This document shows positions 25,901-37,900 of a stretch of 64,000 nucleotides of DNA, piece by piece (the stretch's first letter is position 1; every line of letters begins with the position of its first letter). This DNA is from Lytechinus pictus (lineage: Eukaryota). The notes beneath the pieces are model-generated. The model was not told where the DNA came from. It searched no databases and saw only the letters and a program-made list of their open reading frames with translations. The stretch spans positions 18,106,001 through 18,170,000 of the forward strand of contig NC_087260.1 in the NCBI RefSeq assembly GCF_037042905.1, read 5' to 3'. The translations under genes and the position numbers were made by a program.

Positions 25901-28900
25901 ACCCTTTAATATAATTTGAGATCCTTGCCATTCAATCGCAATCACCTGAATTCCATTATCAAATACAGATGCCAATATATGTAACTTACCATATTTAATT
26001 TTGATACTAAACTGGTTTATGCCTTTGTAATAGACGGAACATATACAAATTATTCGGGTAAGGAATTGACTTGTTCATTCTGAATTATTTCGACTTAAAA
26101 AAGAATGAAAGCCTGTACATGGTGGTCCATTCGAGAAGGATTGAAAATTCACTCTTGCACTCATCTATTGCATTGTGCACTGTAAAGTGGTATCCATCCA
26201 TTTCATTTTCAAAGAAAGGAGGTTCATATGACTTCAAACTGCTTTGTAATTTTGCCAATACTTGACTTAACTGTATATTTTAAAGTTTCTGAAAATATCT
26301 TCACTTTGCCACGATCTGCAATCATGCTCATATGCATGTACATTGTATAGAATGAAACTTTTGAAAAAAATATGATGTATGTATAAAGTGATTTAGAATT
26401 AGTGACATATAGTATTGAATATTGGATTATAGAATGTAGCATGATGCTATTATTGTATTCATTGACAATATCTTAATTATGAAATTAGTAATTATGGGTA
26501 TAGCGTAGACATTCAGAGCATTCATCATTAAAAAATAAATATTTTACTTGTATGAATATCCAGGTTTTTGATAAATTTCTGTTTGTGTTTTAAGAATGAG
26601 TTGTGATTTAGAATGGATTTCTTTCTTTGAAATCCCATGAATACATGTTTATAATAAGGTGGCATTCTTCTGCAGGTACTGTAACAGTCTGTATTTTCAT
26701 TCACTTTAGTGGATGAAAATCATTCATTGCTTTAATTTAATTTTATACACTCATTTATTTCATGAGCTTTAGAGAAGCAAATTGTCCAAAATCACTCTTC
26801 TTTGGGATTGTGGGATATATTTTCTATATCATCATACTCTACTTATAAAGTGCATTCAAGTTGAAAAAAATGATGTACAGTGTAGGCCTGTGGATAGCCA
26901 AAATAGACACAAACATAGATTTAAGAGTTCTTCAAATATGTTCATTGAATTTGAGCTCATCTCTGTTATCTGACTTTCTTATCTTGCCCCGCCCCCATCC
27001 CTTGTATACCCTCCCTCCCTCCCCCCATCCCATCTTGGTATAAAATCTTTCACTCGGTCGCCTGCTGCTCTCTGTCCTTCTGCTCGGGGGGTGTGTCTTT
27101 GTACCCCTCTGACGGACCCCACTATCCCCTGTGGATGAAAACCGGTAAGAGAAAGTGCCGTGTTAGAAACTAGCTTGAGTAGCCCGAGCCCCTACCCACC
27201 CTTATCCTTTTGACTAAATTTCCATTAAAAACATTTAAAAAAGAAAAAGGTGATTTGCATGATGTGCATCTGGTTCATGCTCTTTGACCTCTGACCCTTG
27301 ACCTTTGACCCGAATTTGCCGATCCTGCATATTATACGGATTTGCGACTTGATTCTCTGCCTGCCCATAGCATACATATAGATGCTTTCTGAAATAGAGC
27401 CTCCTTTTGGTGTAGTGTTTTGTGCCTCCTAAAAAAGCATCATGTTTTTCATCTTTCTACATGTATCTATGTTCAAGAGAGGTTTTTGCATATTATTTCT
27501 CTCTCTTTCTCTCTCTGTCTCTTAACATATCTCTCTTTAGAAGAGAGTCTGTGACTGCCTGTTTGTATATCTGTATATTGTGTCTCTTTTCTCTCTCTCT
27601 TTCTTTTTGCATTGTCTTTCCATTTTTCCTTTCTTCCAAATCTACCATCCCTTTGTCTATCCTAATATGCCCCGCACGATATGGTATTTTCGGCTATGCA
27701 ATTTTAATCCTATTGATGATACATCATAATACAATTATTTAACTATTCTTTGAGTAATCTTATGATAATGTAAATTTGTTGCCACCTTTTCCATTTTTAG
27801 TTCTTTTGGGGGATAAAATCATTGATTTGTATATAAAGCTGTAGTGAAAAGTGATCAAAGTTGTTTTGAATATTTTAGGGAAAAAAAGATGATTTACCTC
27901 TCCTTGCAACCTGTGGAGCGGTTGGCCCCTATTATCTGCCCCAATTTCTTTGATAAGTTCTTGAAAGTTTGTAAATTTGACATCAGCTTTGTATTCTCCC
28001 ACCTTTCCATCTAATTTGATCTTTTTGTCCATTCATCTCTGTCTTTGTCTATCTGCAGATGTACCTTGATTACATTAGAATGACCTGTTTCAGCTTTTTA
28101 TTTTAAAGTCTACATTTCTTTTCATTGTGATCGATCTCTCGTCACTGTCGTCTTCATCTTTGAAAAAAAAGAGAAAACTATAGAATGCCATTGATGTTCT
28201 GGTCTTGTGAAGTTACTAACTGATGCAAATATGCATTTTTGTAGATTCTTTTCAAATGGTTGCTTTGCTTTGAAGAATTGATAATGTCGTTAAATGTTCT
28301 TTTCAATCTTGCATTTCACTTTTTTCTGCCATGTTTATTGCAAGAATTGTGAACTGTCAGATCAGAAGTAAATTGATACTTACATGTAACCCCCACCCGT
28401 CCATAAAGAAATAATACTTTAAATGAATTTTTTGTCTAGATTTAATTATTTCTGCACATGTAGTTTAAAGAGCTTCTATGCCAGGTTGCTCACAGGGAAA
28501 TTTAAACCATTTAAGTTTAAATGTACCTTTTAAGCAAAGAATTAAATTTGTAAGTATTCATTTTTCTTGTGCACAGTTAAACAAAATTGGATTACATGTG
28601 CTCTTTTATACCCCCACAAGTTTAGATTAATGTTAGAAACCAATAAAATGATATGTACAATGTATTTGATATAAACAAAATAAAGAAAATTTAAAAATAT
28701 GGGCTATAATGTGAAAATTCAATGTACTTGTTTGCTCTTTTGCTTACATGTATGTCTTGTGAATAACGATGGCATATTTACATGTAGCTTATACTGCAAA
28801 TGTACTGCATAGCTTGATTTCATGAACAGCTGTCCTTTCTCTATTATAATGCTCATAAATTGCAATGAAGGCTTTCAACATGAACAAATATTGAAAAGTG

Positions 28901-31900
28901 AAACAAGACTTTTGCTTATTCCTTTTCAGACTTCGTGAAAAAACATCGACCAGTGAGCGAAGCCGAACCCTGCCTGTTGCCCTCAAGAGACTGCCCCAGA
29001 CCAGGTCACTGGTCGAAGTTGGAGATCTACCTCTGGGTAAGTGCATGTTAGGACAATCAATTATTTGATAAGCTTTTCTTCTTTAATCTGGCAGTGTCGT
29101 GTACATTAGTTTTCTTAATTACTTCATTTTCCTTTTACAGTTTATGTATCTGAAATGAAAAGAGGTTGATAAATAATGTCAATAATTAAAAACAATTAGC
29201 ATTGTAAAAAATAACTGTCTAATAAAAATAGGCAAAAAGAAGCTGCTGAAAACCCCCTTTTTGACTTTATAATAAAAATAGGTACAGACAATCAATCCAA
29301 CCGCCGTCCAGCCCCCCTGGTGTATTTTATTAGTGATGTGGGGGGCTCTACAATAAAATTTGATAGGTTATTCTTTTTGTTATGAATGGTTGTAGAGTAT
29401 TCTTGCCCCTTGAAGACCTTAAACCATGATTGTTTCTCTGAGGAAAGGGGGGGGGGTTCCAAGTATAGCAAGGTGGTATTTTTTTAATAGGCAACTGTAC
29501 TGAAAACTCAAGTGTTGCTCTTGAATGATTTTATATAGCCTTAAGTTATGAAAATGTAACTATTTCACCATGAATAAATCAACAAGTCTGTGAGGCAGAA
29601 TCACCGAACATACATGTAGGCATCTTACCCTAAAGTCAGAGTGGCATCATTCACGCAGGAGTCCTGCATGAAATAGATATTAACAATGGCAATGTGAGAA
29701 AGTTGCTGTGAAAGACACAAGCACTAGTATTATAGTAAGATGTGGTACAGACTTTTAGTAAGATGCATTGGTTTATGCCTTCAAATGCCAGACACTAGTG
29801 GATGCTGTCCCAATTATATTTGGTAAATGGTGGTCATTTTTTTACCTGATTGCTAAGAAAGCATGAATGCTTGAGGACCAGAGGACGACAGCTTAAGGGC
29901 CTCTCCGAGGGACCTGGTAATGAGGATAAATGCCTTACCAAAGGCCCCTAGCGCACCAAGTGGGAATCGAACCCGGGTCACCGGAATCAGAGAGCCCAGC
30001 TCTACCGACTGAACTACACTGTATATTTGTTTTTTCTATTTGCCATACTTCAGTTGCTGCATTGACAGAATCCGATGCTAGTCAGAGGATCAGTCAAGAA
30101 GCTAATCTAGCTGTAGAGTGTGGTATGATTATCTTGGATGTTCTGGGTCTCTACTGTACAAACTTCAAGGTTAGTATGAAAAAAGTTTGATGACCTGTGT
30201 ACTATCTTGGATGAAAGTGTGTTGCACTTTATACCATCTTGGTTCTTGATGGAGAAGGTTAAAAAAAATTGTCAAAACAAATTGAGAAAGTTTGATGACC
30301 TGTTTACTAGCTTGGATGAAAGTGTGTTGCACTTTATACCATTTTGGTTCCCAAATGACAAGGTAAAAAAAAATTGTCAAAACAAATTGAAAAGTTTAAA
30401 AGCCATGTGTAGTATCGTTGATGAGGGTGTGTTTAACTTCAAATATAGAGTTGGCACGACATTTACTTCTGCGACAAATGCTCCAGGCTTTATTTCGTCT
30501 AAGATATAGGGTTAGGGTATGGGTTGCAATAGGGTTTTATGTTAGGTTTAGGGTGGGGTATAATGTTAAATCCAGGGTTGAAGTTGGCCATTCCATTAGT
30601 GTGTAGAATTTACAGTGGAGCAATTGTCGCCGGAGCAAATGTCATGGACCCGCTGAATCATGTAACTCCTAGACATCAAGCAATGGCAAGTATTTATTGG
30701 ATGGGTGATGGAGGTGATTTTTTTTTTACTCGAATGCCTGTAAGGCAAGCAACCAGAGGACCGAAGGCTTGTGTTCCTGTACGAGGGAACTGGTAATGAG
30801 GATCAATGCCTAATAATGATAATAATAATAATAGTTACATTTATATAGCGCTTCATATCTTTGGTTTCTGAGCACTTTACATTGTAATTATCATTACCTT
30901 AGTCATAGGATCCATCACTGTTCCACACATAAAGTGCACTATCTCCACTCCCTGGGGAGCATCCTGGCTAGGCAACCGTTTATCGGTGCACACGTGCTAA
31001 TCTAATCGCATTGAATTTCACTTCCTACCAGGTACCCATGTAACACCTGGGTGGAGAGTGACAAACGTAGATAAGTGCCTTGCCAAAGGACATTAGCGCC
31101 GGGTGGGATTCGAACCCTCGACCCTTGGTACAATAAGTGACTGAACTACTACACCACGACACCTCCACAATGCATTAAACGGCACGAAGTGGGAATCAAA
31201 GCAGGGCCACCATAATTCGAAATCCCTTCTCTACCAACTGAGCTATCATGCCTAATAAATTGTTAATTGAGCCAGAGCCAGGGACCCTTCTAACAAATGT
31301 AAATACCTTTGGAAATATGTGTATTGGTCAAGGTTTTCAATTTTTTTCTTTTGCTTGCAGACTGCAATGGACAGTAGTGATGGTAACAATCCGCTAATGA
31401 GGAAAGTGATTGATATATTCATCAGTTTCCTACATACGGGACAGTCTGAGTCAACGCTCAAGAATGTGTTTAGTTCTCTACGGCTCTTCCTCAACAGGGT
31501 GAGAATCTTGTTTGTTTGTTCTTTAATTGGAAAAAACTAATCATGTTATTCTTCATATTTTTATTTATTTATTTGTAATAATAATATGCAATATTTATAT
31601 AGCGCTTAATACATATGTTGTTAAGTGCTGCATACTATTATTCACTTATTATTATTTGTTTTTTATTTTTCATCATTGCTGGTGGGAATTAAAATGAATT
31701 AGAATCTAATTTAGCATCCAAGAATATGTTCCAGTCTTGTATAAATAAAAAGTAGCTTCATAAAGAAATTCCTGTTTTTATTTTATTTTTTTGTACAGTA
31801 CTGTACATGTAATTGTTCATGATGTATGTGTTTGTCAAGTTATGTAATGAAGCATTTGATCAATATCCATTTCTTTAAAGGTCTGTATTGATTTGTATAC

Positions 31901-34900
31901 TCATCTTTGATAATTATATTTTTATGAAACACATTGATAAGAACAATTTCAGCTTCCCGTTAAGTGTCGTCAAAAATACACTATTGCGTACATTGTGTGT
32001 CTTTTGGGCAGTCTTCCTGAAAGAACTTTTGTCAAGATAGAAACCCGGTTATGCACTCTTGAAAATTAAATCAAACTTTTATAGTCAGATTGGGATGAAT
32101 TCGATGACGATCTTTACATCATCCCCCCTCGACACCACCACCACCATCGGTATCATCATCGCCATCATCGGGTGTTCTTCGGCGTGGAGGAGGACAACGA
32201 CCCCTATTTTTATTCTCCCAATCAGTCGTATCCGGTGTGTAAGCATCGTGCTGACCTTTGACCTCAAGCATAGCTATGGAATCGTGTTGCGGAATGAACA
32301 TTTCTTGCTTTGTCTTCACTTCATTTTTTTCTCTTTCTTGTTAAAACATGTCATATCACAATTCATGTGCACTACAGCTTTTGTTTTACAATTACATGTA
32401 TGTTATAACTTATATGTTTTGATAGAAAGGGGAGCTATTTGCAAAGAAGAATTTACCAAAATTACAAATCACTTTCTTCTGTAATATTTTTAGGAAGGAG
32501 GGGAGGGGGGTATAGTTGCTCAAATTAATTATGCAAACTACTTTCAGTGTATTTCTTTATAGAAAAAATTACTTAATTATACAATAAAATATTTTTGATT
32601 GCCATCAAGTTTTGAGTGATAGCGTAACAAATAGCAATTTTCCTTATTTGCATTCCAAAAGTGTGTCTTGTAAATCTTGTTATTGACTGAGTGACAATAT
32701 ATAAATATCACATAATCAAGTAAAGATTAACATCTAAATCAAATGAGACTCGATGCTGAATTGAAATGCATGTAAACAGGTAACATATTAGAGTATCATT
32801 CTATTCTATTGTTAGAAAGCTTTGAATCTGCACAAAGTTGCACACACTCCTGTGAATGGCTGTCTTGTGTCTGAATGTCTGTCACTCTTTGTTTTTCTCT
32901 GTCTCTGTTTGCTTGCCTGTCTCTGTATCTCTCTCTTTGTATCTTTTTCTCTGTGTCTTAGACTTTGTCTGTTTGTCTGTCTCTGCCTGTCTGTCTTTGT
33001 CTGTTGGTTCGTTTGTATGTCTGTCTCTGTCTTTCTGTCTCTTTTCTCTTTCTCTGTCTTTCTCTCCCGCTCTGCTTCCGTCTTTTTCTGTCTCTCACTC
33101 TCTTTGTCTATCTGTCTCTCATTATCTGTCTCTCTTACCCTTTCTCACTGCCTCTGTTTTTCTTCTACTGTCTCCCTCTCTCTCTCTATCTTGATCTCAG
33201 TGCCTGAATGATTGTCCTATCCTCTATCTATCATCTTCTTCCCCTTCATCTCATTGGCCGATGACTGCTCTTGCTACATGAATGGCTAATACTTTCATTT
33301 AGCCTTGGATATTTCATGAAGATGACTGAGCATCTTACTCCTGTACGAGACAACTGTCATGACTTTATTCAAAATCTCCAAAGAAAATTTGACATATACA
33401 TGTAGCATTTTTAACCATTATCATTGCCAAGCTTGCAGAAGGGCGGTAGATGTACATGTAGTTAGGGCGTGCGTAGTGATTTTTAATTTCTGTGCAAAAG
33501 CATAATAGACACGAGTCATTACACCACATTGGAATCATTTTTATTTCATGAACTCTCTCGCGCAAATTTAGACGCTATGTCAAGACTCGAAAAGTATGGT
33601 ATGTGTTTATTTGCAAAAGTGGTGTGAAATACTGTATCGACAGTGTATTCATACATGTACATGTATCTAAACACTTCATACCAGAAGAACGGTGCAGAAT
33701 TTTGTTCAGCATATAAACATGCGTCTTTACATATTTTTTTTTTTTTTTTTTTTACTCTTTTAGCAGTTCCCTGTGCCTCTAAATAATGCTTTTACAGCTA
33801 AGCTAAACATTTGTCTGTGATTTGTTTGTACTGTTTTCTTAAATTCATGGTTATGTTTTTTTTTTCATTTTGAAATAGTTCCCTGTGCCTCTGTTCAAAG
33901 GAACAGCGAACCTGTGTGGAGACCTTTGCCTTGCAGTACGTAATATGTATCATATTTTACTCTCATATTCTTATATAAAGATAAAGATTTTATATATGTA
34001 AAGATATATAAAGATTTTACTCTCATATTCTTATATAAAAGATCAGGGTCCCATTACACAAAGGTTAGCAATTGATCATACGCTTGATTTTCACGATTGA
34101 TTGTACATTGTAGCCATTGGAATCAATTGTAGAAAAATGTTCTACGATCATTGCTAAGCTTTGTGTTACGGACCTGTCTTGTTCAATAGAATAATCTGTT
34201 TAACACAAAAGCATATTGAATCCTGTGTCCAAGGAAAGGGATAAAAACATTGATTATTGAGATTTTTTATATATGAAAATATCATATTATATCAATGAAA
34301 TCTAATAATTTTTTCAAAAGAGCTTTCACTGTAATGCATAATTTATTGCCCCCACAGATGTTATATTTTAACAAATAAATTCTAGCAATGCTATATAATA
34401 GAAAGGGTGGTGTTCTGATATTTGAAGAACTTTTTTTCTTACAAGAAACAATAAACCCTACATTTCTTTGTTGTGTATGAAACTGAGTCTTGAATTATCA
34501 GCATAACTTGAGTCTCTTTTGTCATCTCTGTTCAACACAGCTTCTGAAGAACCTAAATTCCAAACTGGTCTCGACGAGGAATGAGGCTTGTGCTCTTCTG
34601 TACCTTCTAATGAGAAGTAATTTTGAGTTTACTCAGAGGAAAGACTTTGTCAGAGTACATTTACAGGTAAGGAGGAAGAGGAGGAGGAGAAGAATGGGAG
34701 GGAGAGAGATGGGAAAAGGCTGGGATGAAGGAGGAGGAGGGGTAGGAGGAAAGTGGAGGAGGCCAATAGTGGAAGAGGGAGGAAGGAAGTTGGGATGTAG
34801 GATGAACGATGGAGGGGTAGAATGAAGAGGATGAGAAGAAACGGAATGAGGAATAAGTGGGGGGGGGGGGGGAGAGGAGAAGTTTAGGTTCTGATTCTGA

Positions 34901-34946
34901 TGGTGGTAATTATGATGATTGATGATAGTGGTGGTGGTGGTGGTGG

Positions 34947-34984
<38 letters not shown>

Positions 34985-37900
34985 TTGATGATGATGATGT
35001 TGATGATGATGATGATGATGATGGTGATGATGATGGTGATGATGGTGGTGGTGGTGATGATGATGATGATGAAAATGATGATGATGGTGATGATAATAAT
35101 GGTGATGGTGATGATGATGATGATAATAATGGCAATGATGGAGATGATGGTGATATTGATGATCATCATCATAATGGTGATCGAGATTTTGGTGATGTTG
35201 CTGACGAAATTAATGATTTATGATAGTTACAACAAATCTATTATGCTGATTTGTATTGCAATGTGTCAATTAAAATTTTCTGAATGCTATTTTCTAGGTC
35301 ATCATTTCTGTAGCGCAGTTAATAGGAGAGGCAAACAGCTCCCACTTTCAAGAGTCCTTAGCAACCATCAACAACTATGCCAACAGTGACAAGGGAATGC
35401 AGGTATATTTATATTCTTATAATTGTACTACAAAAAATCTAGAATTTTTTCAACAAAATACTATAAAAGAATCGAAGAAGATTGTTTGAGCTTCTCATAG
35501 CAGTTTGACAAAGGTCAGAGCCCCATATCTGGTTAGATCAATGAATTGATCAATTATTTAATCAATTGCAAAGTCCATGTCGAACCTTGTACTATAATAG
35601 ACCAGTGGGAATTTTATTGTTTTGTGCATTCCATTTTTTCTTGAAAATGTGGAAAAACATTAGAAAAAAAAATTAATTTCTCTTTCTATTATCTTTTCTA
35701 TCTCTCTTTCTGTCTCTCCTCCAGCACACTGCCTTCCCATCTCAAGTCAAGGACCTCACCAAGAAGATCCGCACGGTTCTCATGGCAACGGCCCAGATGA
35801 AGGAGCACGAGAAGGACCCAGAGATGCTGGTAGATCTCCAGTACAAGCTTGCCAAGTCGTACGCCAGCACCCCAGAGCTCAGACGGACGTGGCTGGACAG
35901 TATGGCTAGGATACACATAGACAATGGCAACTATTCGGAGGTAAATCTCCAACCTAAATTGTTAATTTTTGAATTTGAAAACTAATATTTGTTAAATTTG
36001 GGAATTTGTAAATGTTTAATGGTAGTGATTTTTTTTTCCTGATTGCCAAAAAAGCATGAATGCTTGTAAGCAAGCAACCTGAGGACCGATGGCTTAATGT
36101 ACTCTCTGAGGGACCTGGTAATGTGGATTAATGCCTTTCCAAATTGCACTAGCACACCAAGTATGAATCGAACCTGGGTCACCGGATTCTAAAACTCTTG
36201 CTCTACTGACTGGCTCCCTCTGTGGCAGGACCATAAATCAATAGGAGTCCCTTTACCTGAAGTGAACCTTTAATGTGACTTCTTCATCAGTTTAATGTTG
36301 GTCATCATCATCATCTATTTTGTGATTGATTTCTAGACAGGCTTTTGAAATGGGTAAAATATATGTTTCCTCCTTCACATTTCTATTCAGGCAGTAAGAG
36401 TATGATTTTGTTTTTACACACATAAAGATGATGAGGATTGCATCAGTAATCCCAAATCACCATCTGTGGTGTGAAGATGCAATACATTGTTTGATAAGAC
36501 TCGGTGGGTGTTTCATAAAGCTGTTTGTAAGATAAGAGCGACTTTAAGAATGACTGGTGAACCTTTCTTTTGGTAAATGGTATACACCATTGGTGATGGT
36601 TTAGCGCGTAAGAAAGGTACACCATTCGTTCTTAAGGTCGCTCTTAACTTACAAACAGCTTAATGAAATGGCCCCCTGGTACTAGGGGTTTTAATATGGG
36701 GGTCGAGATTCCCCATCTGAAGTAAGAAGGATCCTGTGTTATCATAAATCTGGGGTAATATATATATAGTGCGCCATTGAATAAGTAACTAGGTAGTCAG
36801 CGCCTCATAAATGCTATATATTATTATTTTTAATGGGGGGTATATTGAAAGAGTGATTTTTGATTGTTTGCTGTCGTGTAGGCTGCCCACTGTTACATCC
36901 ACATAGCAGCGTTGATCGCAGAGTACCTCAAGCGGAAGGGGACCTATCCTCAAGGTGTCCAGGCCTTCCGGAACATCTCACCAAACATTGAAGGAGAGGA
37001 GAAGGGCATCAAGAGCGATACGGGAATGCAAGATGTCCAGTACACTGAGGTTAGTACTTGGGTGGCAATTCCTTCAGCAAGAAATTTACCCACACTGTGC
37101 TGCACTTGACCCAGGTGAGGTGAATGGGTACCCGGTAGGAAGAAATTCCTCGAATGCTTGAGCGCCCGATCAAGGTAGCTGTGCTGAAGCCGGGGTAATA
37201 ATAACATCATGTTAAGCAGGGCCCGCTGGAAGAACAGTTTTCAGAACTGAAGTGGCTTCCCTGGGTAAAATACATGTATGACGTTATTATTATTATTATG
37301 GGTCCAGAACCACTTTGACTACATGTGCCTTCTGTTTGGTCTATCTGCTATATTTCCCATTTAAGATCTTTTCTATAGTAGTTTCAGATGATGTCACATG
37401 GAGGGCATGATAATGAGAAACCTGTACGTCAGACTGAAAAAAGGAAGATTTATCACAGACTGACGGATATGTTTTTGTTGTTTATCCTCCAACATGACTG
37501 CATCTGGGAATGCTCTATAAATTCCAGCAAGGCTATCCCCATTATATCTAGTATCCACTTGGTCTAACAACAATTGAATTAAATTTTCATTTGACAAAAA
37601 AATAATGAGATATTGTAGGTGATGAAGTGCACGTACATTAGAACATTTGGGCATCAGACTTTAATACAGTTAAACTTAGTGGCCCGTATTCTGAACTCGG
37701 GTTTAAATTAAACCCTGGTTTAAAGTTGTGGTTTAACTATGGAGAGCCAGTTGGGGCACAAATCCCTAACAGTACACATTCAATTTATTAACTCATTTGA
37801 CACTCAAATCGTTCATAATTGTCTGAGAATGATAACTGAAGTATTTTGAAGTATTTTTCTTTATTATGAAAGCAACAGGAAACAAAATAGTAAACATAAG

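Noticed and set aside
29945..30018. tRNA-like sequence on the minus strand (also ~31095-31167)
   Set aside because: A/B boxes belong to multi-copy SINE heads; no convincing cloverleaf.
30505..30580. GGGTTA-like telomeric repeats
   Set aside because: Degenerate units inside a TIR element with a second copy at ~42443-42625; not a telomere array.
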